A stretch of 29,615 nt of DNA, from NCBI GenBank assembly GCA_034722955.1, contig JAYEOM010000133.1, forward strand, positions 1 through 29,615. The letters are read 5' to 3'. The stretch comes from Campylobacterota bacterium (GTDB taxonomy: Bacteria > Campylobacterota > Campylobacteria > Campylobacterales > Sulfurovaceae). This document shows positions 17,856 to 27,530 of this stretch, in pieces. The notes under the pieces were generated by a model. That model was given only the letters and a program-made list of their open reading frames with translations, was not told the DNA's origin and did no database searches. The stretch's first letter is position 1, and the number at the start of each line of letters is the position of its first letter. The position numbers and the translations under genes were made by a program.

Positions 17856-18904
17856 GATCCTATCCCCAGTCGTTCACGCTGATAACTACCATCTTGTATT
17901 GCACTCCACCAAGAGTCATGGTTGAGATACCACTCTACTGTTTTTTCCAAGCCACTCTCAAAGGTCTCTTGAGGTCTCCACCCTAGTTCACTTTCGATCT
18001 TGGAAGCATCGATGGCGTAGCGAATATCATGTCCGGGTCGATCTGTGACAAATGTGATCAACTCTCTATAGTTTTTGGAGGTGGGTACTTTCTCATTGAG
18101 AATATCACAGATAGTCTCAACAACCTCTAAATTGCGCTTCTCATTATGTCCGCCTATATTGTAAGTCTCTGCTATTTTGCCTTGGGTTGCTACAGTAACC
18201 AATGCTCTGGCATGATCCTCTACATAGAGCCAATCCCTGATCTGATCACCCTTTCCGTAGACAGGCAGAGGTTTACCCTCTAGCCCATTGAGGATGATCA
18301 GAGGTATTAACTTTTCAGGGAAGTGGTAGGGTCCGTAATTGTTAGAACAGTTGGTAACAAGTGTTGGCAGACCATAAGTTCTCTGCCAAGCCCTCACTAG
18401 ATGGTCTGAGCTGGCTTTGGAAGCAGAGTATGGTGAGCTTGGTGCATAAGGAGTTGTCTCGGTAAACAGATCATCCGTACCTTCAAGATCACCATATACC
18501 TCATCAGTAGAGATATGATGGAAACGGAATGAAGCCCGTTTTTCACTACCTAGTCCGGCCCAATAGGCTCGTGCTTGATCAAGAAGTGTATAAGTTCCTA
18601 TGATATTGGTCTGCATAAACTCACCAGGTCCATCGATCGAACGATCGACATGAGACTCAGCTGCCAAATGCATGACAATATCAGGTTGATATTTTTCATA
18701 AACTCTTTTGATCTCTTTGGCATCACAGATATCCACTTGTTCAAAATCATAACGATCTGAGCTGCTGATACTCTCTAGAGAGTGCAGATTGCCCGCATAA
18801 GTTAACTTATCTACATTGACAACAGTGTGATCTGTCTCATCTATCAAATGCCGAATAACAGCAGATCCAATAAATCCTGCACCACCCGTAACTAAGAACT
18901 TCAT
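17852..18904 (-). CDS. rmlB: dTDP-glucose 4,6-dehydratase
   Basis: [68 protein letters not shown]. Confidence 0.98.
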   Translation of the reverse strand: MKFLVTGGAGFIGSAVIRHLIDETDHTVVNVDKLTYAGNLHSLESISSSDRYDFEQVDICDAKEIKRVYEKYQPDIVMHLAAESHVDRSIDGPGEFMQTNIIGTYTLLDQARAYWAGLGSEKRASFRFHHISTDEVYGDLEGTDDLFTETTPYAPSSPYSASKASSDHLVRAWQRTYGLPTLVTNCSNNYGPYHFPEKLIPLIILNGLEGKPLPVYGKGDQIRDWLYVEDHARALVTVATQGKIAETYNIGGHNEKRNLEVVETICDILNEKVPTSKNYRELITFVTDRPGHDIRYAIDASKIESELGWRPQETFESGLEKTVEWYLNHDSWWSAIQDGSYQRERLGIGS

Positions 18905-18949
18905 AAGTGCTTCTCCTGTTTTAAAATAATATACTCATATCTGTGTGAA

Positions 18950-20335
18950 CTATGAGTCAATAGATGCCTTTGCACTCTCGATCAAAGCATTGACTTTTGT
19001 CTCATACTCTTTTGCCAAGTCGGCATCTATAGATTCGAAACGAGTCACAAGAACAGGTGTAGTGTTGCTGGCACGGACAAGTCCCCAACCCTTTTCAAAC
19101 TCAATCCTAACACCATCTACATCGATAATACCCATAATCTTCGGGAACGATTCTGGTGGATTTTTGAGTAACTCTTTGACTCTATCAATGATCATAAATT
19201 TTTCACTCTCTGTAGTCTCTACTTTTATCTCCTCGGTAGAGAAGACTGGAGGCAATATATCGATCTCGTGATCGATATCGATACCATCATTGATCAGTTC
19301 AAGCATGCGTAGTGTCGCGTATATCGCATCATCATAACCAAAGTATCGATGTTTGAAAAATATATGTCCACTCACTTCGCAAGCAAGATCAGCACCACTC
19401 TCTTTCATCATTACTTTGAGGTTAGAGTGTCCTGTTTTGTACATGATAGCTTTGGCACCGCGTCGCTCAAGCTCATCATACATCACTTGAGAACACTTCA
19501 CTTCACCGATGACAGTGGGGTTATCCATCTTCATACTATAGAGTAGTGCCATCTGGTCACCTTTGATGTTGTACTTATGTGTCAATACAGCGATACGGTC
19601 AGCATCTCCATCATAAGCAAAAGCGATATCTCCATCACTCTCTAGAGCAGCTTTGACATCTTGGAGATTCTCCTCTACGGAGGGGTCTGGGTGGTGATTT
19701 GGGAAACTGCCATCCGGCTCAAGATAGAGACCTTTGTAGTCCAGCTCCAGTGCATCAAAAATATCCGTGATCACAGTATCTGCTACACCATTGCCGCAAT
19801 CGATGACAATCTTGGTTTTCATGCCCTTCAGGTGGTCAAACTCTTTAACCATGAAGTCTACATATGGTCCTTTGACATCTATATCTAACCTCTCTGTATC
19901 GTCAGGAATATCCATATTTTGATTCTCTACTATCTCATCACCAAGAGCATAGATATCATCACCGAAAAATGGTGATTGGTCTACTGTGATCTTGAAGCCA
20001 TTGTAGTTGCTAGGGTTGTGAGAACCTGTGATCATCACCGATGCATCTGTCTTTATACCGTCAAAATCTATATAGTTGGAGAAGTAGTTAACCGGTGTTG
20101 CCACCATACCCATATCAAGTACTCTGCATCCTGCTGCATTGAGGCCACTGGTTAGATAGTCACGAAGCTGTGGTGAGTGAGACCGTGCATCATAACCGAT
20201 AGAGACAACCCTGTCACCCCCTATAGATCTCCCCAGATAGTACCCTATGAGTTTGACACTTCTCTCATTGAGTTCTGTCTCGTAGATACCTCGGATATCA
20301 TACTCTCTAAAAATTGATCTGCTTATCTGTCCCAT
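18950..20335 (-). CDS. algC: Phosphomannomutase/phosphoglucomutase (AlgC-like)
   Basis: IFREYDIRG, ITGSHNP (phospho-Ser), DGDADR, CEVSGH, DGVR, VRASNT. ATG 20335 follows AAAGGAG. Confidence 0.93.
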   Translation of the reverse strand: MGQISRSIFREYDIRGIYETELNERSVKLIGYYLGRSIGGDRVVSIGYDARSHSPQLRDYLTSGLNAAGCRVLDMGMVATPVNYFSNYIDFDGIKTDASVMITGSHNPSNYNGFKITVDQSPFFGDDIYALGDEIVENQNMDIPDDTERLDIDVKGPYVDFMVKEFDHLKGMKTKIVIDCGNGVADTVITDIFDALELDYKGLYLEPDGSFPNHHPDPSVEENLQDVKAALESDGDIAFAYDGDADRIAVLTHKYNIKGDQMALLYSMKMDNPTVIGEVKCSQVMYDELERRGAKAIMYKTGHSNLKVMMKESGADLACEVSGHIFFKHRYFGYDDAIYATLRMLELINDGIDIDHEIDILPPVFSTEEIKVETTESEKFMIIDRVKELLKNPPESFPKIMGIIDVDGVRIEFEKGWGLVRASNTTPVLVTRFESIDADLAKEYETKVNALIESAKASIDS

Positions 20336-20354
20336 TAATATATCTCCTTTAATT

Positions 20355-21368
20355 TTATCTTTTGTATCCATCTGGATTATCTGCTTGCCATCGCCAATTG
20401 TCTCTGCACATCTCTTCTATATCTCTCTTGGCTTCCCAATCTAAAACCTCTTTTGCATAGCTAGGATCAGCAAAACATTTGGCTATATCACCACTGCGTC
20501 TAGGTGCGATCTTGTATGGTATTTTTCGACCAGATACTTTCTCAAAAGCATTGACCATATCAAGCACAGAGTAGCCATCTCCTGTACCTAAATTTATCGT
20601 CATTACTTGGTTAAACTCTTTGATCTTCTCCAGAGCCTTGAGATGTCCAAGAGCTAGATCAACGACATGGATATAGTCTCTGATACCTGTGCCGTCATGT
20701 GTATCATAATCATCTCCAAAGATATTGAGAAACTCCCTCTTCTCTACTGCTGTTTGGGATATGAAGGGCATCAGATTGTTAGGTATACCATTGGGGTCTT
20801 CTCCTATAGTCCCTGAGATATGAGCACCTACAGGGTTAAAGTATCGAAGAAGTACAATTTTCCACTCGCTATCACTGACATAAAGATCTCTCAACATCTC
20901 CTCTATGAAGAGTTTGCTCCTTCCGTAGGGGTTGGTCGCACTAAGAGGAAACTCCTCTCTTATGGGTGTTGTGTGCGGATCTCCATATACAGTCGCCGAA
21001 GAGCTAAATACGATAGATTTGCAGCCATACTCCTGCATCACTTCACATAAAACCACTGTACCGTAAATATTGTTATCATAATACTCCAATGGCTTCTCTA
21101 CAGACTCTCCTACTGCCTTGAGTCCTGCGAAGTGGATGACAGCCTCTATGTCGTAAGTTTCAAAAACCTCTCGAATCTCTTCTCTATGACGGATATCACC
21201 CTCGACGAGTGCGACCTCTCTGCCTACTATCTTCTCCACTCTTTTGATACTCTCTCTTGATGAGTTGCAAAAGTTGTCAAAAACCACTACATCATAACCT
21301 GCCTCTATCAATAAAACAGAAGTATGAGAACCGATATACCCGGCACCGCCTGTCACTAGAATAGACAT
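20355..21368 (-). CDS. galE: UDP-glucose 4-epimerase
   Basis: VTGGAGYIGSH, HFAGLKAVGES, FSSSATVYG, PYGRSK, LRYFNPVGAH, RDYIHVVDLA. Confidence 0.97.
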   Translation of the reverse strand: MSILVTGGAGYIGSHTSVLLIEAGYDVVVFDNFCNSSRESIKRVEKIVGREVALVEGDIRHREEIREVFETYDIEAVIHFAGLKAVGESVEKPLEYYDNNIYGTVVLCEVMQEYGCKSIVFSSSATVYGDPHTTPIREEFPLSATNPYGRSKLFIEEMLRDLYVSDSEWKIVLLRYFNPVGAHISGTIGEDPNGIPNNLMPFISQTAVEKREFLNIFGDDYDTHDGTGIRDYIHVVDLALGHLKALEKIKEFNQVMTINLGTGDGYSVLDMVNAFEKVSGRKIPYKIAPRRSGDIAKCFADPSYAKEVLDWEAKRDIEEMCRDNWRWQADNPDGYKR

Positions 21369-21371
21369 ATT

Positions 21372-21962
21372 TTAAAAACTCATCTTTAATCCGCCATAAA
21401 AGCTACTGTTGAATGTCTCTGAGCTATGGTCAATATAGTCTAACTCTATCTTGCGATACCCTCCATAGATAGAGATAGCATTTATCACCTCTATAGCAGC
21501 TTCAGCACGAAGCTCAAAGTAGTTCTCGGCATCACTAAAAGAGAGGGCAGAGGGGGAATACATCACAGCAGTAGAGATACTAGCCGCAGAGATAACATCA
21601 GAAATCATCAGAGCATAAGCAGCTTTTGCCATAATGGGTATAGCCATATACTCTTCTAGATAGACAAATCTAGCACCAAATCCCAAACTCAGCCCCTCCA
21701 TACCCTGAAAGGTGTTGCTTAGATACAATCCAGTACCGAAAAATTTATCCTTATCTGTATCAAGAAGGTTATCATTGTCTATGCTGATGAAGTTTGCATC
21801 TATGATAAAGATAGTACCATTGGTATATTCTGAAAAATTGTTGATATCCATAGAGCCTTCAACCTCAAAATCTTCTGCATTGATGTTGAGTCCGATAGTG
21901 TTTCTTGCTATGAGTAGAGTGCTACTCAACATGATCAATGTTATGAGTTTTTTTAGAGACAT
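21372..21962 (-). CDS. Small outer-membrane beta-barrel protein, YfaZ-like
   Basis: Signal peptide, alternating amphipathic strands, YSPSALSF, GGYRKIELDY, terminal YGGLKMSF (C-terminal Phe beta-signal). RBS AAGGAG. Confidence 0.75.
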   Translation of the reverse strand: MSLKKLITLIMLSSTLLIARNTIGLNINAEDFEVEGSMDINNFSEYTNGTIFIIDANFISIDNDNLLDTDKDKFFGTGLYLSNTFQGMEGLSLGFGARFVYLEEYMAIPIMAKAAYALMISDVISAASISTAVMYSPSALSFSDAENYFELRAEAAIEVINAISIYGGYRKIELDYIDHSSETFNSSFYGGLKMSF

Positions 21963-22000
21963 TTTTTTCTCCTTGGTTCTTTAGTCTGCTTGTAGCTCTT

Positions 22001-22037
22001 ATTTTAACATGTTTTATCTGTATATCTACGCTATAAT
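22001..22037. promoter_or_regulatory. Divergent promoters: TGtTAAAAT (- strand, 22009-22001; yfaZ-galE-pgm-rml operon) and gcTATAAT (+ strand, 22032-22037; ccoS)
   Basis: Both -10 boxes lie in the 104-bp intergenic region, about 30-40 nt upstream of their respective starts. Confidence 0.6.
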
Positions 22038-22066
22038 ACGCTTCTATACTTTCTCAAAGGATATAC

Positions 22067-22294
22067 TTGAGCGAAAATATTATCATTCTTATGATCGGTG
22101 TCTCTACTTTTTTAGGTGCATTAGGATTGATAGCACTGTTGTGGGGTGTCAAAACAGGACAATTTGATGACGAGTCCAAATTTATAGATGGTGCCAGATA
22201 TGACAATGAAGAGGATCTCAGAGATGCCAAGATGATGGAGGAGAAGCGTAAAGAGAGAGATGCAAAGAGGAAGAGAGAGTATCGACCTGAGTAG
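22067..22294 (+). CDS. ccoS: cbb3-type cytochrome oxidase maturation protein CcoS
   Basis: Single TM helix followed by LWGVKTGQFDD (CcoS/FixS motif W…GQFDD). TTG start after AAAGGA. Confidence 0.9.
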   Translation: MSENIIILMIGVSTFLGALGLIALLWGVKTGQFDDESKFIDGARYDNEEDLRDAKMMEEKRKERDAKRKREYRPE

Positions 22295-22325
22295 TCGATG
22301 ACTTAGGGTAGCCTTGTCTAAATCC

Positions 22326-24731
22326 TTAAAATTTTAACCGTTTGATTCTCATAGAGTTTGCTACAACTACCAGTGAACTCAAACTCATCGATAGTGCAGC
22401 GACTAGAGGATTGACGAAGCCTGCTACGGCGAGTGGGACAGCAACAACATTATAGAGAATAGAAAAACTCAAATTCTCTTTGACAGCACGAAATGTGCGT
22501 TTGGAGATTTTGTATGATTCATAGATACTGTTTGGCTGCTCATCTAGGAGTACTACATCACTGATAGATATAGCGATATCAGCACCGCTTCCCATAGCTA
22601 TGGATATGTCTGAACTTGCCAAAGCGATAGTATCATTGATACCGTCACCTGCCATCACAACGATATGACCCTCTTTGTGAAATTGATCTATTAGGTTTGA
22701 TTTATCTTGAGGCAAGAGTCTAGAGTGAACTTCTGTGATACCTACTGCATTGGCAACCTTATGAGCACTTTTTTCATGATCTCCTGTGAGCATCACGACA
22801 CGGATACCCAACTTTTGTATATTGTCTATAGCCTCTTGTGTACCCTCTTTGATAGTATCGGTTAGTTCAAAGTGGGCGACAAGCTCTCCATCTATAGCAA
22901 AGAGAAAGAGAGAGTTGTCGCTACCATACTCTACCGATATACCCGACTCCTCCATAAATGCCAAATTGCCTCCGATGATCTGCTTGCCATGGCAGGTGGC
23001 AGATATCCCTTTGGCTTCTATACTCTTCACAGACTCCAGAGACAACTCTCGGAGTCCATCATGCTCATCTTGGAGATAACGCACGATTCCCTTACTGATA
23101 GGGTGATTGGAGGTAGAGGTGAGGGTATAGAGCAGATCGGGATCAAAATCATGATACTTCTCGACACTAACTACAGATGGTCTTCCCTCTGTGATGGTAC
23201 CTGTTTTATCCAGTGCCAAAAGATCACTCTTTGCCATGGTCTCCAAAAATGCAGCCTCTTTAAAGAGTATGCCCCGTTTTGCTGCGATACTGATACCAAC
23301 TAGTGTAGACATAGGTGTAGCCAAGCCCAAAGCACAAGGACAGGCGATAACGATAACAGAGATACTAACTATAAGTGCCTGCTCAAAGCTCCCTACAGAG
23401 TAGAGCCACCCGGCAAATGCGAGCAGTGCGATGATGAGAATAGTCGTAGAGAAGTAGCCGGAGATAGTATTGGCTAGCTGCTCAATTTTCGGTTTTTTGG
23501 TGATAGACTCTTCTAGGAGTGTGACTATGGAGTTGAGTAGTGAACCGGAGGCATCTTTGGTAGCACTATATCGCAGAACAGAGTCTAGAGATATCGATCC
23601 GCTCAGGATCTCATCCCCCTCCTTTTTATATATCGGTTCACTCTCTCCTGTGAGAGAACTCTCATCAAATGATCCCTGCCCAAAGCTGGCAACTCCATCG
23701 ATAACAACTTTCTCTCCAGGCTTAAGCTCTATGGTATCACCTATAGAGACATTTTCGATACTGACTAGACTTTTGCTATCATCTACCACGATAGTCACCT
23801 CGGTAGGTGTGCTGCCCATAAGTGAATCGAGTGTATCGACAGCCTGTTTCTTGCTCAAAACCTCCAGATATTTACCCACTAGTACAAAGGTGATGATCAT
23901 AACAACAGAGTCAAAGTAGACTTCGCCATGCTGACTCATCATAGCATAGATAGAGTAGAGATAGGCGGAGAGGGCTCCAGAGGCAACCAGAGTATCCATG
24001 TTGACAACTCTGTTTTTATATCCATAGTATGCACCGCGAAAAAAGATCCAACCACTATAAAATAGTACCGGTGTAGCGAGAAGAAACTCTGCAACATTGA
24101 GTATATCTTTGAACTCCTGCCTCATCCCGGTGAAGTAGCCTGCATACTGTGCTATAGCGATCCACATGATATTCATCGTGCCAAAAACTCCTACTAGGAT
24201 ACGAGAGTAGTAATCCTTTCGTGTTTTGACTGCTCTCTCCTCTTGGAGTTTGGGATCATATGGGTAGGCATTGTAGCCTATAGAGCGGATAGTTTCGATA
24301 ATCTCGGAGAGTTTGATCACTTCAGGATCCCAGATGATTTTTGCTTTGTTGCTGGTATAGTTGATACCTGCTTCTATGATACCATCAGTTTTATGCAGTA
24401 CTTTTTCATTGAGCCATACACAGGCAGAGCAGTGTATCCCCTCTATGATGAGATTGATCTCATCTAGTCCATCTTCATGTGTCGTGATATATCTGTTTTT
24501 AAATCCCTCTAGATCAAACTTTTCGAGATCATCACTGCTCTGTGTCGCAGGATCCAGTTGTGTATCACCTAGCTTGTCATAAAAATTTCCAAACCCCTCT
24601 TCATTGAGTAGATGATAGACCCCTTGACACCCTTTGCAGCAAAAGTAGAGTTCTCTCTCCTCTTCACTCTCTTTGATCATAACTGACTCATCAAACTCAA
24701 GATTGCAGTGGGTACAGGTAACTTTGGACAC
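22326..24731 (-). CDS. ccoI: Heavy-metal (Cu) P1B-type ATPase, CcoI/FixI family
   Basis: N-terminal CTHC…FCCKGC domain, HMA CSAC, TGES, IACPCALG, DKTGT, HP, GDGIND, YN and MSLSS. GTG start after AAGGAG. Adjacent to ccoS. Confidence 0.92.
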   Translation of the reverse strand: MSKVTCTHCNLEFDESVMIKESEEERELYFCCKGCQGVYHLLNEEGFGNFYDKLGDTQLDPATQSSDDLEKFDLEGFKNRYITTHEDGLDEINLIIEGIHCSACVWLNEKVLHKTDGIIEAGINYTSNKAKIIWDPEVIKLSEIIETIRSIGYNAYPYDPKLQEERAVKTRKDYYSRILVGVFGTMNIMWIAIAQYAGYFTGMRQEFKDILNVAEFLLATPVLFYSGWIFFRGAYYGYKNRVVNMDTLVASGALSAYLYSIYAMMSQHGEVYFDSVVMIITFVLVGKYLEVLSKKQAVDTLDSLMGSTPTEVTIVVDDSKSLVSIENVSIGDTIELKPGEKVVIDGVASFGQGSFDESSLTGESEPIYKKEGDEILSGSISLDSVLRYSATKDASGSLLNSIVTLLEESITKKPKIEQLANTISGYFSTTILIIALLAFAGWLYSVGSFEQALIVSISVIVIACPCALGLATPMSTLVGISIAAKRGILFKEAAFLETMAKSDLLALDKTGTITEGRPSVVSVEKYHDFDPDLLYTLTSTSNHPISKGIVRYLQDEHDGLRELSLESVKSIEAKGISATCHGKQIIGGNLAFMEESGISVEYGSDNSLFLFAIDGELVAHFELTDTIKEGTQEAIDNIQKLGIRVVMLTGDHEKSAHKVANAVGITEVHSRLLPQDKSNLIDQFHKEGHIVVMAGDGINDTIALASSDISIAMGSGADIAISISDVVLLDEQPNSIYESYKISKRTFRAVKENLSFSILYNVVAVPLAVAGFVNPLVAALSMSLSSLVVVANSMRIKRLKF

Positions 24732-24791
24732 ATTGACTCCTTTTTCCCAAATTATCCGCGATTTTATCCAAAAAAGGGTAAGATACTACCT

Positions 24792-25181
24792 ATGAATACA
24801 TTGATACTTTTTGTTTTGATCCTCTCTATGCTTGAGTTGTTCGAAGCGTGGTGGCAGAGATCAGATACTATGGCAGGGGTGCTTGCCAATGGCTACTACT
24901 ACTATCAAAAGAGTATTTTTCTCTTTTTACTGATGCATCCATCATTCTATTTTGTACTCTTTGTTGTATTGTATACTGAAGTGATCAATGGATGGATGAT
25001 AGCGATCTTGCTCTTCAAGAGTGTCGATATATTTTTCAAGATTACTCTAATGCAAAATATTTTTGTCAAAGGTCAAGTTGATGATGTGGTAAGACCATTT
25101 CTAGAAGAGTCTTTGAGTCCTTGGATCTTTCTGACAGGATTGGGACTATATCCATTTCTTCTTTTTTATGCACTGACTTGA
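24792..25181 (+). CDS. Hypothetical integral membrane protein (about 4 TM)
   Basis: 129 aa from ATG 24792, hydrophobic, with LFLLMHPSFYF. The longer ORF-track start overlaps ccoI. TAAGAT lies 7 nt upstream and there is no SD. Confidence 0.8.
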   Translation: MNTLILFVLILSMLELFEAWWQRSDTMAGVLANGYYYYQKSIFLFLLMHPSFYFVLFVVLYTEVINGWMIAILLFKSVDIFFKITLMQNIFVKGQVDDVVRPFLEESLSPWIFLTGLGLYPFLLFYALT

Positions 25182-25192
25182 AAGTGTTGTTG

Positions 25193-25219
25193 TCTATTTC
25201 TCCGGGAATAGAACCTTTT
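25193..25219 (+). terminator. Possible intrinsic terminator after the membrane-protein gene
   Basis: TCTATTTC-TCCG-GGAATAGA stem followed by ACCTTTT. Confidence 0.35.
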
Positions 25220-25242
25220 ATAGACTTTTATATCAAATAGCT

Positions 25243-25271
25243 TTGACTTTTCAGCAAAAAAAAATTATAAT
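25243..25271 (+). promoter_or_regulatory. Near-consensus sigma70 promoter of rho-murI
   Basis: TTGACT (25243-25248), 17-nt spacer containing A9, then TATAAT (25266-25271). Confidence 0.75.
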
Positions 25272-25386
25272 GATAGCACTACTTACAAATAGAGTGATGT
25301 ACAGTTACTATAGATATATCTATTTTACTGAAAGTATTATCTCCATCTATATCAAAATCTATTGAGAATAATCAACAAGAGGAACA

Positions 25387-26718
25387 ATGATCGAACATAA
25401 AAAATCCAGTGGCAACCATCAAGCCAACAAAAGAAACAACAGAACCCATGTACCTGTAGATGGCTACAAGATCGAAGCTCTACAGCAAAAACCACTAGCC
25501 CAATTGGTTGAGATAGCCAAAGAGGTTAAAGTTGAAAATCCCAATGAGTTTCAACGAAAAGATTTGATCTTTGAAATTCTCAAAGCTCAAGTAAGTCAGG
25601 GGGGGTTCATCCTCTATACGGGTATACTTGAAGTTATGAATGATGGCTACGGTTTTCTTCGTTCAAGCGATGGCAACTTTGCAAACTCAGGCAATGATAC
25701 CTATGTCAGTTCGACACAGATCAAACGATTTGCACTGCGTAATGGAGATATAGTCACCGGTCAAGTGAGACAGCCAAAAGATCAAGAGAAGTATTATGCA
25801 CTACTCAAGATCGAAGCGATCAACTATCTGCCACCTGAGAAATCAAAGCAGAGACCACTATTTGACAACTTGACACCTCTCTATGCCAATGAAAAACTCA
25901 AACTAGAGTATAACCCTATGAGGCTGACGGGTCGGGTTCTTGATCTATTTACACCTATAGGCAAAGGTCAGAGAGCACTGGTTGTGGCACCACCTAGGAC
26001 AGGTAAAACAGAGCTACTCAAAGAGTTGGCACATGGGATCACGCATAACAATCCAGATGCATCTCTGATGGTTCTTTTGGTTGATGAGCGACCAGAAGAG
26101 GTGACAGATATGCAACGCTCTGTCAAGGGTGAAGTCTATAGCTCTACTTTTGATCTGCCTGCACAAAACCATGTCCGTACAGCTGAGATGGTGATCGAAA
26201 AAGCAAAAAGACGCGTAGAGTTGGGGAAAGATGTAGTTATACTATTAGACTCCATCACGAGGCTGGCACGAGCATACAATACAGTAACTCCTAGCTCAGG
26301 AAAAGTCCTCTCCGGTGGTGTAGATGCCAATGCACTCCACAAACCGAAGCGATTTTTTGGTGCAGCACGAAATATCGAAGAGGGGGGGAGCTTGACTATC
26401 ATCGCTACAGCATTGATAGAGACAGGAAGCCGTATGGATGAGGTGATCTTTGAAGAGTTTAAGGGTACAGGTAACTCCGAAGTGGTACTCAACCGTCATG
26501 TAGCTGATCGTCGTGTCTACCCTGCGATAGATGTGACCAAATCAGGTACTAGAAAAGAGGAGCTTCTCACCGATCCTGAGACACTGCAAAAAGTTTGGGC
26601 ACTGCGTAATGCTATGCAAAACATGGAGGAGCTGGAGGGGCTGAAGTTCCTATTTTCCAAAATGCTTAAAACCAAATCCAATGACGAGTTCTTGTCTATC
26701 ATGAATGAGGGAGCATAA
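25387..26718 (+). CDS. rho: Transcription termination factor Rho
   Basis: [67 protein letters not shown]. Confidence 0.98.
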   Translation: MIEHKKSSGNHQANKRNNRTHVPVDGYKIEALQQKPLAQLVEIAKEVKVENPNEFQRKDLIFEILKAQVSQGGFILYTGILEVMNDGYGFLRSSDGNFANSGNDTYVSSTQIKRFALRNGDIVTGQVRQPKDQEKYYALLKIEAINYLPPEKSKQRPLFDNLTPLYANEKLKLEYNPMRLTGRVLDLFTPIGKGQRALVVAPPRTGKTELLKELAHGITHNNPDASLMVLLVDERPEEVTDMQRSVKGEVYSSTFDLPAQNHVRTAEMVIEKAKRRVELGKDVVILLDSITRLARAYNTVTPSSGKVLSGGVDANALHKPKRFFGAARNIEEGGSLTIIATALIETGSRMDEVIFEEFKGTGNSEVVLNRHVADRRVYPAIDVTKSGTRKEELLTDPETLQKVWALRNAMQNMEELEGLKFLFSKMLKTKSNDEFLSIMNEGA

Positions 26719-26724
26719 CTTCTC

Positions 26725-27462
26725 TTGAAGATAGGTGTTTTTGACTCTGGTGCAGGTGGCTTTAGTGTCGTAAAGTCACTACTAGAGCATCAACTTTTTG
26801 ATGAGATCATATACTATGGGGATACTGCTCGTGTTCCCTATGGTACAAAAGATAAAAATACTATTATTCGCTACTCTCTTGAAGCACTTGAATTTTTCAA
26901 CAATTTTGATATAGACCTTCTCATCACAGCTTGCAATACAGTGAGTGCATATGCACTCACTGAGATGCGAGCATCAAGTAGCTATCCTATAGTTGGTGTC
27001 ATAGAGCCGGGTATCCGTGCTATTGAAAACAGAATAAGTGATAAAAATAGTGATATTTTGATCATAGGGACACGAGCTACTATCGCTTCACAAAGATACC
27101 AAAGAGAGCTTAGAGAGCGAGGTTACCACAATCTCACAGCTATTCAAACAGGACTTCTTGTGCCTCTGGTTGAGGAGGGTATATCCAGTGGAGCACTACT
27201 AAATGAGACACTTAAGTACTACTTTAGAGATATCTCTGAACCTGCCGCAGTGATATTGGGCTGCACACACTTCCCGCTTGTCAGTAGACCGATACAGAGC
27301 TATTTCAAAGATGAGCCTATGATGATACACTCAGGTGAGGCGATAGTAGAGTATCTCGAAGAGCAGTATGATATCAGATCCAAATCAGTAGAGAGTGATC
27401 TCAAGATCTTTGCATCGGACAATGTAGAGGGTCTTCGAAGTATCGCTAGAGAGTGGTTGTAG
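26725..27462 (+). CDS. murI: Glutamate racemase
   Basis: IGVFDSGAGG, YGDTARVPYG, ACNT, LGCTHFP (two catalytic Cys). TTG start 6 nt after the rho stop. Confidence 0.96.
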   Translation: MKIGVFDSGAGGFSVVKSLLEHQLFDEIIYYGDTARVPYGTKDKNTIIRYSLEALEFFNNFDIDLLITACNTVSAYALTEMRASSSYPIVGVIEPGIRAIENRISDKNSDILIIGTRATIASQRYQRELRERGYHNLTAIQTGLLVPLVEEGISSGALLNETLKYYFRDISEPAAVILGCTHFPLVSRPIQSYFKDEPMMIHSGEAIVEYLEEQYDIRSKSVESDLKIFASDNVEGLRSIAREWL

Positions 27463-27530
27463 TATCTCCTTGGGGTAGCCTTAAGTGAATATACAACGGT
27501 TAGATCATAAAATGGGTGGAGGGATAAATC

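Noticed and set aside
22786..24582. Several plus-strand ORFs (70-149 aa) inside the ATPase gene
   Set aside because: Antisense shadows of a well-conserved P1B-ATPase.
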